A DNA stretch of 64,000 nt from Gammaproteobacteria bacterium (GCA_003250975.1 QKIY01000033.1:14086-78085); one strand, 5' to 3'. Positions 19,041-29,685 are shown, numbered from the stretch's first letter. The notes: a model not told the origin generated them from the letters alone. Numbers and translations: made by a program.

Positions 19041-19896
19041 GCTGCGCCTCTTTGTCCTGCTGATTCGTGTGTTGCTTTTGTATCAGCTTTATTTGATCCA
19101 CTTCGCTTAATAATGAATCCATGGGAGGTATATTAAAATCACGCTCCAGCAAGGTGGGAAAAACACCGAAGTGTTCATAGGCTATATGCAGCAGCTTCCA
19201 CACCGGATCGATGACATCGGATCCATGGGTATCCACCCGCAGGTCTTCTGCCTCAACGTAATGGCCTGCAATATGAGCATAGGCTATGCGCTCCCCCGGT
19301 AGGGACTTTAGAAATTCTACTGCATCGTAACCATGGTTGATGCTATTGACATGGATATTATTGACATCGAGCAGCAGGTCGCAATCAGCCTTTTCAAGTA
19401 CCGCATTAATAAATTCAATTTCAGGCATCTCCTGTCCCGGTGCAGCATAGTAAGATACATTCTCCATGGCGATCCGCCTGCCGAGAATATCCTGGACGCG
19501 CCGGATACGTGCGGTGACATAATCTATTGCTTCTTTAGTAAAGGGAATGGGCATCAGGTCATAAAGATGACCCTCATCTGCGCAATAACTCAGGTGTTCG
19601 CTGTAGTATTGAATATGGTGATTATTAAGAAACTCTCCAATTCGTTTGACAAAGGCCTCGTCGAGGGGTGCGGGACCGCCAATATTGAGAGATAGGCCAT
19701 GACAAACAAACGGGACTTTTTCGGTGATTTCCCGAAACAGATAACCATAGCGCCCGCCAACATCTATCCAGTTTTCGGGTGCGACTTCCATGAAATCGAT
19801 CTGATCTGGAATCTGGTCTGCGAGCGAGCCGATAAAGGCCCGCCGCAGACCCAGGCCTGCACCGTTTACTGGATAAGTGTGTTTATCCGGGCGCAT
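19033..19896 (-). CDS. DUF692 multinuclear non-heme iron oxidative enzyme (MNIO; HvfB/BufB/MbnB family)
   Basis: GLGLRR, EVAPENW, HGLSL, SEHL, ENVS, LLDVNN, HIAGH, DTHG, LERD. Confidence 0.95.
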   Translation of the reverse strand: MRPDKHTYPVNGAGLGLRRAFIGSLADQIPDQIDFMEVAPENWIDVGGRYGYLFREITEKVPFVCHGLSLNIGGPAPLDEAFVKRIGEFLNNHHIQYYSEHLSYCADEGHLYDLMPIPFTKEAIDYVTARIRRVQDILGRRIAMENVSYYAAPGQEMPEIEFINAVLEKADCDLLLDVNNIHVNSINHGYDAVEFLKSLPGERIAYAHIAGHYVEAEDLRVDTHGSDVIDPVWKLLHIAYEHFGVFPTLLERDFNIPPMDSLLSEVDQIKLIQKQHTNQQDKEAQHA

Positions 19897-19925
19897 GGTT
19901 TAATGACAAGTCAGGTGAGTCCAAT

Positions 19926-20201
19926 TTATTTCTTGTCGCCGCACTTGCCTTCGCCGCACTTGCCTTCGGTCTCTTTCTTCTCACCACACTTGCCTTCGGT
20001 CTCTTCCTTCTCACCACACTTGCCTTCGGTCTCTTCCTTCTCACCACAGTTGCCTTCGGCAACGACCATATAACCGCTGGCCAACTCATTCATAGCAAAC
20101 GGATTTTCAGCAGCCTGGGCAAAGGGAGTGGTCGCTAGTGACACGGCAAAGGTAGTGCCCAGTGCAGCAGCGATTGGTTTGAAAGTGGCTTTCTTGCTCA
20201 T
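19926..20201 (-). CDS. secreted RiPP precursor with five EG(K/N)CG motifs (oxazolin HvfA / bufferin type)
   Basis: Sec signal ending AQA, ENPF motif, then EGNCG and 4x EGKCG; GGAGG RBS; directly upstream of DUF692. Confidence 0.9.
   Translation of the reverse strand: MSKKATFKPIAAALGTTFAVSLATTPFAQAAENPFAMNELASGYMVVAEGNCGEKEETEGKCGEKEETEGKCGEKKETEGKCGEGKCGDKK
19936..20058. repeat. 30-bp coding tandem repeat (EGKCGEKEET) plus a terminal 15-bp duplication
   Basis: tcaccacacttgccttcggtctcttccttc repeats at 19981 and 20011, with variants either side. Confidence 0.95.
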
Positions 20202-20282
20202 TGAGGATTCCTCCAGTTTAATTGATGTACAGGGTCATTCAAGACCCGTTTCTAATACTTTTGTATGCCTTTGAACCAGGTG

Positions 20283-20301
20283 ATTGAGAATGACTTGCAT
20301 T
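20283..20301. promoter_or_regulatory. possible Fur-family operator upstream of the RiPP precursor
   Basis: ATTGAGAATGACTTGCATT matches about 13/18 positions of the palindrome AATGATAATnATTATCATT. Confidence 0.35.
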
Positions 20302-20378
20302 TCCACCCTGTGCCCAACTGACAACAGAAGGATTGACAAGCCTTGATTTGAAAAGTTTCCGGAAAGTTTTACCGCTAA

Positions 20379-21869
20379 TTAATCTTCATGCCGGAGACGC
20401 ATGTGTGGGAATAGTATGACGTCCCGGATGGACGCCGAGTCTGTCAATAGCATGACCAGACGATCAATACCTACCCCTTCACCGGCCGCCGGCGGCATGC
20501 CGTATTCCAGCGCCAGGATATAGTCGGCATCGTAATGCATGGCCTCTTCATCACCGGCCTCTTTATTTTCAACCTGCATGCGGAAGCGTTCGGCCTGATC
20601 TTCGGCATCATTCAATTCGGAAAAACCATTGGCAATCTCACGACCACCGACAATCAGTTCAAAGCGATCAGTCACGGAAGGATCATCGTCCGAGCGTCTG
20701 GCCAGGGGTGAGACCTCGGTGGGATAGGCCGTGATAAAAGTCGGGTCCTTGAGATTTGGTTCAACCGTCTTTTCAAATATCTCAAGGAGTATTTTCCCGG
20801 GACCATAATTCTTTTCCAGAGAGATATTAAGTCTCTCAGCGATCTGCCTGAGCCTGTCCACGGATTCAAGATCGTTTGCGGTAATGCTAGTGTTCATCTT
20901 CAATATCGACTCCTTGAGAGTCATCGTCGCGAACGGCTGGCCGAAATCATAGATCTCCCCCTGATATTCAATAGACATCCCACCTGTGATTTCCCTAACC
21001 AATTGTCGCATCAGGTCTTCCGTCAGACGCATCATGTCTCGATAGTCCGCATAGGCCTCATAAAATTCCAGCATGGTAAATTCAGGATTATGCCGGGGTG
21101 AGAGACCTTCGTTACGGAAACTGCGATTGATCTCGAAGACTTTCTCGATACCACCTACCAACAACCTTTTCAGGTAAAGTTCGGGGGCAACCCGCAGGTA
21201 AAGCTGCATATCCAGGGCATTATGGTGAGTGATGAACGGTCGTGCCGCCGCCCCGCCCGGGATGACGTGCATCATAGGGGTTTCCACTTCCAGGTAACCG
21301 GCCTGCTTCAGGTAGTCACGCACGAAATCGATCACCCGGGAACGAACGGCAAAGGTTTCCCGCGTCGTTTCATTGGTGATCAGGTCAAGATAACGCTGGC
21401 GATAACGCGTTTCCTGATCAGTCAGACCGTGAAATTTTTCTGGCAGCGGCCGCAATGACTTCACGAGTAATTCGATATGTTCAACGTGAACGGAAAGCTC
21501 GCCTGTTTTGGTCCTGAACAGGCGACCTTCGATCCCGATGATGTCGCCCAGATCCCACTGTTTGAATTCTGCGTAGTGTCCTTCGGGGAGGTCATCACGC
21601 TTTACATAAAGCTGTATCCTCCCCGACATGTCCTGCAGGTGGGCAAAGGAGGCCTTGCCCATTACACGACGTGTCATCATACGACCTGCGAGCCTGACCC
21701 TGACAGCAAGGGATTCCAGCTCCTCATTGTCCTTACCCTGATACTGTTTTAACAGATCAGAGGCAAAGGTATCTCGCCGGAAATGATTGGGATAAGCCTG
21801 CCCCTGTTTGCGCAATGCCTCCAGTTGCTTTCGCCGCTGTGCGATCAGATCATTTTCATTTTCTGACAT
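20379..21869 (-). CDS. lysS: lysine--tRNA ligase (class II)
   Basis: [51 protein letters not shown]. Confidence 0.98.
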   Translation of the reverse strand: MSENENDLIAQRRKQLEALRKQGQAYPNHFRRDTFASDLLKQYQGKDNEELESLAVRVRLAGRMMTRRVMGKASFAHLQDMSGRIQLYVKRDDLPEGHYAEFKQWDLGDIIGIEGRLFRTKTGELSVHVEHIELLVKSLRPLPEKFHGLTDQETRYRQRYLDLITNETTRETFAVRSRVIDFVRDYLKQAGYLEVETPMMHVIPGGAAARPFITHHNALDMQLYLRVAPELYLKRLLVGGIEKVFEINRSFRNEGLSPRHNPEFTMLEFYEAYADYRDMMRLTEDLMRQLVREITGGMSIEYQGEIYDFGQPFATMTLKESILKMNTSITANDLESVDRLRQIAERLNISLEKNYGPGKILLEIFEKTVEPNLKDPTFITAYPTEVSPLARRSDDDPSVTDRFELIVGGREIANGFSELNDAEDQAERFRMQVENKEAGDEEAMHYDADYILALEYGMPPAAGEGVGIDRLVMLLTDSASIRDVILFPHMRLRHED

Positions 21870-21941
21870 AGTATATATTTGTAAATTTATTATTGTTGCT
21901 TAGGCCGGGATGATAACAATATCCGCCTCTTAGTTCAGATT

Positions 21942-23040
21942 TTACAGACCACTCTTCAGGCTGGCCTCGATAAACCTGTCCAAGTCGCCATCCAGAACCG
22001 CCTGGGTATTGCCCGTCTCCACACCGGTACGCAGGTCCTTTATACGTGACTGGTCAAGTACGTAGGATCGGATCTGGCTTCCCCAACCTATATCGGCCTT
22101 GGAGTCCTCCATAGCCTGCTTCTCCGAGTGACGCTTTAGCATCTCCAGTTCATAAAGTTTGGCCCTCAACTGACTCATGGCCTGGTCCTTGTTTTTGTGC
22201 TGCGAGCGTTGGCTCTGGCACTGTACCACGATACCGGAGGGTTCATGGGTAATACGCACCGCCGAATCAGTCTTGTTGACATGCTGACCCCCTGCCCCGC
22301 TGGCGCGGTAGGTATCAATTCTCAGGTCAGCAGGGTTGATCTCGATATCTATACTCTCATCAATTTCAGGCGAGACGAAGACTGAAGCAAAAGAGGTATG
22401 TCTGCGGTTACCAGAATCAAACGGCGACTTACGCACCAGCCGGTGGACGCCGGTTTCGGTACGCAGCCATCCATAGGCATAATCGCCTTCGAACCTTACC
22501 GTCGCGCTTTTTATACCAGCCACTTCCCCTGCTGACACCTCGATGAGTTCAGTCTTGAAACCATGGTCTTCGCCCCAGTGCAGGTACATGCGTAATAACA
22601 TCTCTGCCCAGTCCTGCGCCTCGGTCCCGCCTGAACCGGACTGGATATCTAGGAAAGCATTATTGGGATCCAACTCACCGGAAAACATGCGCTGGAATTC
22701 CAGTGCCTCGATAGTTTTTACAATGCCCGCGACATCGTTTTCCACTGAGGTAATGGTTGCCATGTCATCCTCACCTTCGGCCAGTGACAACAATTCGGAT
22801 GCGTCATTCAATCCATTGTCTATTTCCTGTAGACCGTGGACCACCGATTCCAGCGAGGCGCGTTCTTTCCCCAGCGCCTGGGCCGCTTCCGGGTTATCCC
22901 AAACCCCTGGATCAGCAAGCAGGTGTTCGACCTCGGTCAGGCGTTCGGATTTGCCTTCGTAGTCAAAGATACCCCCTAAGCGCCTCGGAGCGCTTACGCA
23001 GTTCCCTGATTTGGGTGAGGATTGGATTGATTTCTGTCAT
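21942..23040 (-). CDS. prfB: peptide chain release factor 2, translated via a programmed +1 frameshift
   Basis: ATG 23040 [10 protein letters not shown]...LRGYL, then CTT TGA C and the continuation frame carrying SPF and GGQ. Confidence 0.97.
22962..22977 (-). promoter_or_regulatory. RF2 autoregulatory +1 frameshift site
   Basis: The minus strand reads AGGGGG TAT CTT TGA C: internal SD plus slippery CTT-TGA-C. Confidence 0.97.
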
Positions 23041-23110
23041 GGTCTTCTGTGTTGTACTGCAGCCTGCGCAAAGCGCCCTATTCTAACGTCAAACGAAAAA
23101 CAGTTAAGTA

Positions 23111-24856
23111 TTATTTATTCTGCTCTCCATGCAAGGGCTCAATATAATCCAGTACCAGTTGTAATTGCTGTCTACCGGCGAATTCATTGATATCGAGCCT
23201 ATAAGCGGTCCTGACCCTCGCGCAACTTTCAGGCCAGCCCTCGTCTGTATTATTAAAAGCGATGGCTTCGATAAGCCGCCCGTCATCCAGGTGACGCAAT
23301 TGCAGCTTGAGGTGCATCTCGCCAACTATACGGCTGCTGACCAATTCAAATTCCCCTTCAAAGATCGGTTCCGGGAAACCCTGTCCCCAGGGCCCTCCCT
23401 CCCTGATCTGCCGGGCAAGCGTCATGGAGATATCATTTCCCCTTAACTCACCATCGGAAAACAGTGTGCCCTCCGGTGCCCCGGCTTCCATGAAGTGACC
23501 GATTGTCTCTTCGAACAACCGGCTGAACTCGTCAAGGCAATCTTCCTTGATCGTCAGGCCCGCTGCCATGGCGTGGCCGCCAAATTTGTTGATGATATCC
23601 GGATGCCGATTGGCAATGGTATCCAGCACGTCCCGGATATGGACGCCATGAACAGAGCGCGCCGAGCCCTTCAGGTAACCCTCCCTGTCACAGGCAAATG
23701 CGATTACCGGTCGATGCAGGTGGTCCTTGATCCTCGAGGCCAGGATGCCGACTACCCCCTGGTGCCAGTCTTTATTAAATAGGCAAAGCCCGTTGGGCAA
23801 GGCTTCCTGTTTGTCCAACGCCATTTTCTCAAGGTCATCCAGGGCCTGCTCATGCATCTCGGCCTGAATCTGACGCCGTTCCCTGTTCAGCCTGTCCAGT
23901 TGCTGCGCGTGTTGCCTGGCCTGGTCCGGGTCGTCCGTCAACAGACACTCGATACCTAGCGACATATCCTCCAGTCGGCCAGCGGCATTCAGGCGCGGCG
24001 CGACAGAGAAAGCCAGGTCCTGTGCACTGATATTTTTCAGTGAGCGGTTAGCAGTCCCTAGCAGGGCCCGGACCCCTTCACAACATTTACCCGCGCGTAT
24101 TCGCGCCAGCCCTTGTGCCACTAGGATGCGGTTGTTCCTGTCCAAGGGCACCACGTCGGCCACTGTGCCGAGTGCTACGAGGTCCAGCAACCCCGCGAGA
24201 TTGGGTTCTTTGATGGCCTGCCTGTCAAACCAGCCACCATCACGTAGCTTGCCACGCAGGGCAATCAGGATATAGAACATCACGCCGACACCCGCGAGCG
24301 CCTTGCTGGGAAAACTGTCACCCGACTGGTTTGGATTGACGATCGCATTGGCCCGGGGCAACGATTCACCAGGCAGATGGTGGTCCGTAATCAGGATATC
24401 GATACCTAGTGACCTCGCCATGGTCACCCCCTCGATACTGGCGATTCCGTTATCGACGGTGATAATCAACTCAGGTCGCATTGGCAGGGCTGCCTCAACA
24501 ATCTCAGGACTGAGGCCATAGCCGTACTCGAAGCGATTGGGGACTAGGTATTGCACCTGGGTTGCCCCCATAGCCGTCAGTCCACGCATAGCTACTGCGC
24601 AACTGGTTGCACCGTCTGCATCAAAATCACCCACTATCAGAATCCGTTTATTATTCATAATGGCCCCGGCAACTAGTGCGACTGCCTGGTCCATCCCCGA
24701 GAGGGCGTAACAGGGCAACAGGCCCTTTAATGAATAATCTAGCTCCTCTGCGGAACGGATATCCCGGGAGGCATAGATTCGCTGCAATACCGGATGCATA
24801 CTGCCGGGTAACTCGACATGCAGGGATGCTTCGCGGCGGGTAAAGGTGACTCGCAT
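23111..24856 (-). CDS. recJ: single-stranded-DNA exonuclease RecJ
   Basis: GDFDADG, TVDNGI, TDHH, PRLNAAGR, GGHAMAAG; upstream of prfB. Confidence 0.97.
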   Translation of the reverse strand: MRVTFTRREASLHVELPGSMHPVLQRIYASRDIRSAEELDYSLKGLLPCYALSGMDQAVALVAGAIMNNKRILIVGDFDADGATSCAVAMRGLTAMGATQVQYLVPNRFEYGYGLSPEIVEAALPMRPELIITVDNGIASIEGVTMARSLGIDILITDHHLPGESLPRANAIVNPNQSGDSFPSKALAGVGVMFYILIALRGKLRDGGWFDRQAIKEPNLAGLLDLVALGTVADVVPLDRNNRILVAQGLARIRAGKCCEGVRALLGTANRSLKNISAQDLAFSVAPRLNAAGRLEDMSLGIECLLTDDPDQARQHAQQLDRLNRERRQIQAEMHEQALDDLEKMALDKQEALPNGLCLFNKDWHQGVVGILASRIKDHLHRPVIAFACDREGYLKGSARSVHGVHIRDVLDTIANRHPDIINKFGGHAMAAGLTIKEDCLDEFSRLFEETIGHFMEAGAPEGTLFSDGELRGNDISMTLARQIREGGPWGQGFPEPIFEGEFELVSSRIVGEMHLKLQLRHLDDGRLIEAIAFNNTDEGWPESCARVRTAYRLDINEFAGRQQLQLVLDYIEPLHGEQNK

Positions 24857-24864
24857 GATCTATC

Positions 24865-25890
24865 TCAATATCTGTAATAGGAAACGATCGATCGCGGACG
24901 CTTCCAGAACTTGTAGAAAGAGGTCTTGCTCGCCCGGAATACCTGCCCTTCCGTTAACAGGGTCAGTTTCTCGATTACGCCTGAGTCGAGGTAATCCAGC
25001 AGGCCTGTAAACCAGCAGGATTCCAGGTAGGAAATAAAATCCTGCCAGCCCGCCAGATCATGATACCGACGGTGACGCTGACCGAACGACAGTACCAGTA
25101 ATATGTCTTCCCCAAACAAGGCCTCTTTCATGATCTGTTCGATGGAATCCGGCGGGTCATCATAGGACGTATCCGCCAGTACCGCACAGGAACGGCTGAT
25201 CTCCTCATCACAATAGACCATGGACCAGGGGGATGAAAAACTGTCGGGGAGGCGCCCGCATCCCCAGAGCCAGAGCGAATTAATCTCCAGTTCGCCCCTT
25301 TGCCTGCGTATCTCGTTTAGCGGACTGGCATGAAGACACATCTGCAACTCATTCATTAACTTCGCCCAGTGATTTCTTTCCGGACCGGTCGGCAAATAAG
25401 GATGTATATCACGGCCAGTGACCTCATGGATTGGCGTGGTTGCAAGTTGCGGCAACTCATTCATCCGGAGATACCAGCGGTTGGTGACAGGCGCCTCCAG
25501 TACCATTCCGTAATCCGCCAGCAGGTTACGAACATCACTGGCAAGCACCAGGGCATCATGCTGGTCCAGCTCAAACATGGTCTGGTCCAGCAGGATCAGC
25601 TGGTGCTGGTCGGCCAGAAGATGGACCGGATCAGCCCGCATCCATACACCTTCGGACTCAAAATCGTCATCCAGCTGATGGGTGATGGCCGCAATGGGAA
25701 GGTCGCCCGCATCCTCATGTTGCAGTTCAAAAAGGCCGGCCAGCAAATCTACAAATTGAAAGTAATTGTGTTTCTTGCGACTGGCAATGGCCAGCAATCT
25801 TTCCAGTGCGGGGATGGCGGGAATATCCTGTTTAGACAGGTTAGCGGAGGGGAACAGCAGACCGGGAATAAACAGGCAGAGATTAGCCAT
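24865..25890 (-). CDS. ApgM/phosphoglycerate-mutase-like protein (RpfE-type), apparently lacking the metal-binding motifs
   Basis: RADPVHL and LHASPLNEIRRQRGELEINSLWLWG; position between thrC and recJ. Confidence 0.65.
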   Translation of the reverse strand: MANLCLFIPGLLFPSANLSKQDIPAIPALERLLAIASRKKHNYFQFVDLLAGLFELQHEDAGDLPIAAITHQLDDDFESEGVWMRADPVHLLADQHQLILLDQTMFELDQHDALVLASDVRNLLADYGMVLEAPVTNRWYLRMNELPQLATTPIHEVTGRDIHPYLPTGPERNHWAKLMNELQMCLHASPLNEIRRQRGELEINSLWLWGCGRLPDSFSSPWSMVYCDEEISRSCAVLADTSYDDPPDSIEQIMKEALFGEDILLVLSFGQRHRRYHDLAGWQDFISYLESCWFTGLLDYLDSGVIEKLTLLTEGQVFRASKTSFYKFWKRPRSIVSYYRY

Positions 25891-25931
25891 AACGGTTCAC
25901 TGCTGTGCCCCCGGAATATTTAACAAGCTGT

Positions 25932-27071
25932 TCACCCCAGGTTATCGTGGATGGCCTTCTTTACCTGATCAAGTTTTGCCTCTACCTTGACGACCGGCGC
26001 CGTACTCTGGGCGATCGCAGTATCCGGGTCTTTCAAGCCGTGGCCGGTGAGCGTACAAACCACGGTGCTGCTTGCCTCAATTTTGCCTGATTTAATATCA
26101 CGCATCGCGCCGGCAAGCGACGTGGCCGATGCAGGTTCACAAAATACCCCTTCCCTTTCCGCCAGCAGTTTTTGAGCCTCCAAGATCTCATCATCCGTAC
26201 ATTCATCAAACCAGCCGCCGGATTCCTTGTTGACGATCCAGGCCTGGTCCCAGGACTGGGGATGACCAATACGAATGGCGGTGGCAACTGTTTCCGGATT
26301 GTCCACCATCTTGCCGCGCATGAAAGGCGCCGAGCCGCTGGCTTGGTAGCCTACCATCTTGGGGCGCTGGCCGGTAATGGCACCGGCAAAACGGCAATGT
26401 CCCTGGCACAGGGTGCAGGCGGCGGTGACGCTCTCGGCCTCGCCACAGGCATATTCGCTGTAGCCGATCCAGTGGGCAGTAATATTTCCGGCATTCCCGA
26501 CCGGCAGGCAATGGTAATCAGGGGCCCTGCCAAGTTCCTCCACGATCTCGAATGCGGCGGTCTTTTGTCCTTGCAGACGGAAGGGATTGATCGAGTTGAC
26601 GATAGTAACCGGTGACTCCACTGCCACTTCCTTGACTAGGCGCATGCCGTCATCAAAGTTGCCCATAATCTGTACTATCACGGCACCCTCCATCATGGCT
26701 TGTGCCAACTTGCCCTGGGCGATCTTGCCGTCCGGTATGAGGACGAAGGCGGTAATGCCGGCGCGCGCCGCATAGGCCGCTGCCGATGCTGAAGTATTGC
26801 CGGTCGAGGCACAGATAATCGCCTTCGAACCCTCTTCCACAGCCTTGGTCACCGCCATGGTCATGCCCCTATCCTTGAAGGAGCCAGTCGGGTTCAGACC
26901 TTCATACTTCACATAGATATCCACGTTCTTGCCGAGCATGGATGGAATATTATGCAGTCGGATCAACGGAGTATTGCCCTCACCCAGACTGATAATCCGC
27001 GTATCATCGTGCACCGGCAGGCGGTCACGGTAACGCTCGATTAGACCTGTATAACGTTGTCTAAATGACAT
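25932..27071 (-). CDS. thrC: threonine synthase (short type) with a Cys-rich insertion
   Basis: PLP-Lys motif NPTGSFKDRG, ASTGNT, PVGNAGN, EPASA, LTGHGLKDP. Confidence 0.95.
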   Translation of the reverse strand: MSFRQRYTGLIERYRDRLPVHDDTRIISLGEGNTPLIRLHNIPSMLGKNVDIYVKYEGLNPTGSFKDRGMTMAVTKAVEEGSKAIICASTGNTSASAAAYAARAGITAFVLIPDGKIAQGKLAQAMMEGAVIVQIMGNFDDGMRLVKEVAVESPVTIVNSINPFRLQGQKTAAFEIVEELGRAPDYHCLPVGNAGNITAHWIGYSEYACGEAESVTAACTLCQGHCRFAGAITGQRPKMVGYQASGSAPFMRGKMVDNPETVATAIRIGHPQSWDQAWIVNKESGGWFDECTDDEILEAQKLLAEREGVFCEPASATSLAGAMRDIKSGKIEASSTVVCTLTGHGLKDPDTAIAQSTAPVVKVEAKLDQVKKAIHDNLG

Positions 27072-27122
27072 GATTATTACTTTTTGCTTTTCCGTTTGAA
27101 ATTTTATTTTTCATTTCACTGC

Positions 27123-28433
27123 CTACGCCAGGGGATCCATGCGGATCCGCATGACGGTACCGTTGATATGCTCCAGCGCCTCCAGTTGTTTGATGGCCTG
27201 GTTCATGTTCTTCTCCTTGACTGCCTGAGTCAGGATGATAACAGGGACAAACTTAGCACCCTCCACCGGCTCCCGTTGCAGGATCGCTTCGATGCTGATC
27301 CCCAGTTCCCCTAATATACGGGTGACATCGGCCAGTACTCCGGGCCGGTCCACGGCCTGCATGCGCAGATAATAGGCCGTCGAGATCTCTTCCATGGGCA
27401 GGATCTCTTCTGATGAAAGGGCGTCGGATTGAAAGGCCAGGTGTGGGACCCGGTTACCGGGATCTGTCGTAAAGGCCCGGACAATATCCACCAGGTCAGC
27501 GACGACTGCCGAGGCCGTCGGGTCTGCCCCGGCACCTGCGCCATAATAGATAGTAGGCCCTACGGCATCGCCGACCACCAGCACGGCATTCCGGACGCCA
27601 TCGACATTGGCGATCAGCCGCCGCTCAGGAATCAGGGTCGGGTGGACTCTCAGTTCCACGCCCTCGGGCATACGCCTGGCTATACCAAGGTGTTTGATGC
27701 GATAACCGAAACGCTCGGCAAAGCCAATATCTTCTATGGTGATATCTGTGATCCCTTCGATATAGACTTTGTCAAACTGCAAGGGAATACCAAAGGCAAT
27801 CGCCGCGAGTATGGTCAGCTTGTGAGCCGCATCGATTCCTTCCACATCAATAGCAGGGTTTGCCTCAGCGTATCCCAATGCCTGTGCCTCGGCCAAGACA
27901 TCGTCAAAACTCCGGGCCTGTTCCCGCATAGCGGTCAAAATGAAATTGGTAGTCCCGTTAATGATCCCGGCGACCGAGGAAATGGTATTGCCGGCTAAGC
28001 CCTCGCGGATGGCCTTGATGATGGGGATACCACCTGCCACCGCTGCCTCGAAGGCAACAATTACACCTTCACGAGTCGCGGCCTCGAAGATCTCGTTCCC
28101 GTGAATGGCGATCAGCGCCTTGTTGGCGGTTACCACGTGCTTGCCGTTTCGAATGGCCTGCAGGACCAGTTCACGGGCAGGCTCTGTGCCACCAATAAGT
28201 TCGGCGACAATTTCGACATCCGGATGGTTGACCACGGCAAACGGGTCAGTGAGTATTTCGATCCCGTCTAGGGGGAATTGCCGCGGCTTGTCCAGATCAC
28301 GGGCGCTGGCGTGCGTGACGATGATGCCCCTCCCTGCACGGCGCGCTATCTCTTCGGCATTACGCTTCAACACACTTATAGTGCCGCCGCCCACCGTGCC
28401 CAGTCCCAATAATCCTACCTTTACCGGTTGCAT
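27123..28433 (-). CDS. hom: homoserine dehydrogenase with C-terminal ACT domain
   Basis: GLGTVGGG, VTANK, EAAVAGGIP, INGTTN, DRPGVLA. Confidence 0.97.
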   Translation of the reverse strand: MQPVKVGLLGLGTVGGGTISVLKRNAEEIARRAGRGIIVTHASARDLDKPRQFPLDGIEILTDPFAVVNHPDVEIVAELIGGTEPARELVLQAIRNGKHVVTANKALIAIHGNEIFEAATREGVIVAFEAAVAGGIPIIKAIREGLAGNTISSVAGIINGTTNFILTAMREQARSFDDVLAEAQALGYAEANPAIDVEGIDAAHKLTILAAIAFGIPLQFDKVYIEGITDITIEDIGFAERFGYRIKHLGIARRMPEGVELRVHPTLIPERRLIANVDGVRNAVLVVGDAVGPTIYYGAGAGADPTASAVVADLVDIVRAFTTDPGNRVPHLAFQSDALSSEEILPMEEISTAYYLRMQAVDRPGVLADVTRILGELGISIEAILQREPVEGAKFVPVIILTQAVKEKNMNQAIKQLEALEHINGTVMRIRMDPLA

Positions 28434-28467
28434 AGCTATCGTTCTCTTGATGAACTCTGTGTGTCGT

Positions 28468-29685
28468 CTAATCCGCTACCGTGGAACTCAGGGCTTCTTC
28501 ACGCAACATTGCCCGTATCCCCCGGATTGCCTGACGGGTGCGGTGTTCGTTTTCAATCAGGGCAAAGCGTACGAATTGATCGCCGTATTCACCGAAACCG
28601 ATGCCGGGGGACACGGCCACCTTGGCCTCGATCAAGACCTTTTTGGAGAACTCCAGCGAACCCATCTGCCGGTATTGCTCGGGGATGGGTGCCCAGACAA
28701 ACATGGTGCCTTTGGGTTTTTCCACCGACCAGCCCACTGCATTAAGCCCGTCACAAAGTACATCCCGGCGGCTTCTATACATGTCCCGAGTATCCAAGAC
28801 GCACTGCTGGTCCCCCTCCAGCGCTGTTATCGCGGCCACCTGGATCGGGGTGTAAAGACCATAATCCAAATAGGACTTCAGCCGCGCCAGGGCATTTACC
28901 AGAACCGGATTTCCCACCATAAAGCCAACACGCCAGCCCGGCATGTTATAACTCTTCGACAGGGTAAAGAATTCCACTGCGATATCCTTGGCGCCGGGCA
29001 CCTGCAGGATGGACGGGGCCTTGTAGCCATCAAAGACGATATCGGCATAGGCCAGGTCCTGTATCACCCAGATTCCATGCTCCCTGGCAATATCGATTAC
29101 CTTTTCAAAAAAGGACAGTTCGACGCATTCGGTGGTCGGATTACTGGGAAAATTTAAAAGCAGCAATTTCGGTTTCGGCCAGCTATCGCGTATCGCCTTT
29201 TCCAGTTCGGCAAAGAAATCATAACCCGGGCCAATCGGGACATGGCGGACATCGGCGCCGGCGATGACGAAACCGAAGGGATGGATAGGATATGACGGAT
29301 TTGGCACAAGGACGGCATCGCCCTTGTCAACGATCGCCATGGCCAGGTGGGCCAGGCCTTCCTTGGAACCCAGTGTGACAATGGCCTCGGTTTCGGGGTC
29401 AAGACCTACCTCATAACGTTGCTTGTACCAGTTGCAGATAGCCCTGCGTAGGCGTGGGATGCCGCGTGACCAAGAATAACGATGGGTATCCTGGCGGTTG
29501 GCGACTTCGGTCAGCTTGTCGACGATATGTTGCGGGGTCGGCTGGTCCGGATTGCCCATGCCAAAATCGATGATGTCTTCGCCACGGTGGCGTGCGGCCA
29601 TCTTCAGCTCATTTACGATGCTGAATACGTAGGGCGGCAAGCGGTTAATTCTTGGAAAATCCTCGTTCAAGTTAATCTGATCCAT
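28468..29685 (-). CDS. alaC: alanine transaminase AlaC (class I/II aminotransferase)
   Basis: [28 protein letters not shown]; alaC-hom-thrC gene order. Confidence 0.9.
   Translation of the reverse strand: MDQINLNEDFPRINRLPPYVFSIVNELKMAARHRGEDIIDFGMGNPDQPTPQHIVDKLTEVANRQDTHRYSWSRGIPRLRRAICNWYKQRYEVGLDPETEAIVTLGSKEGLAHLAMAIVDKGDAVLVPNPSYPIHPFGFVIAGADVRHVPIGPGYDFFAELEKAIRDSWPKPKLLLLNFPSNPTTECVELSFFEKVIDIAREHGIWVIQDLAYADIVFDGYKAPSILQVPGAKDIAVEFFTLSKSYNMPGWRVGFMVGNPVLVNALARLKSYLDYGLYTPIQVAAITALEGDQQCVLDTRDMYRSRRDVLCDGLNAVGWSVEKPKGTMFVWAPIPEQYRQMGSLEFSKKVLIEAKVAVSPGIGFGEYGDQFVRFALIENEHRTRQAIRGIRAMLREEALSSTVAD

Noticed and set aside
19883..20089. Alternative-frame ORF with VVRRKRPKAS repeats, and the antisense SPHLPS ORF at 19699-20073
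   Set aside because: Both are shadows of the EGKCG precursor repeat. The precursor frame has the RBS, signal peptide and family context.
21942..23040. prfB as a frameshifted pseudogene or sequencing error
   Set aside because: It carries the canonical programmed frameshift signal.
28105..29157. 350-aa plus-strand ORF
   Set aside because: Antisense to alaC and hom with no recognisable motifs; a typical antisense shadow.
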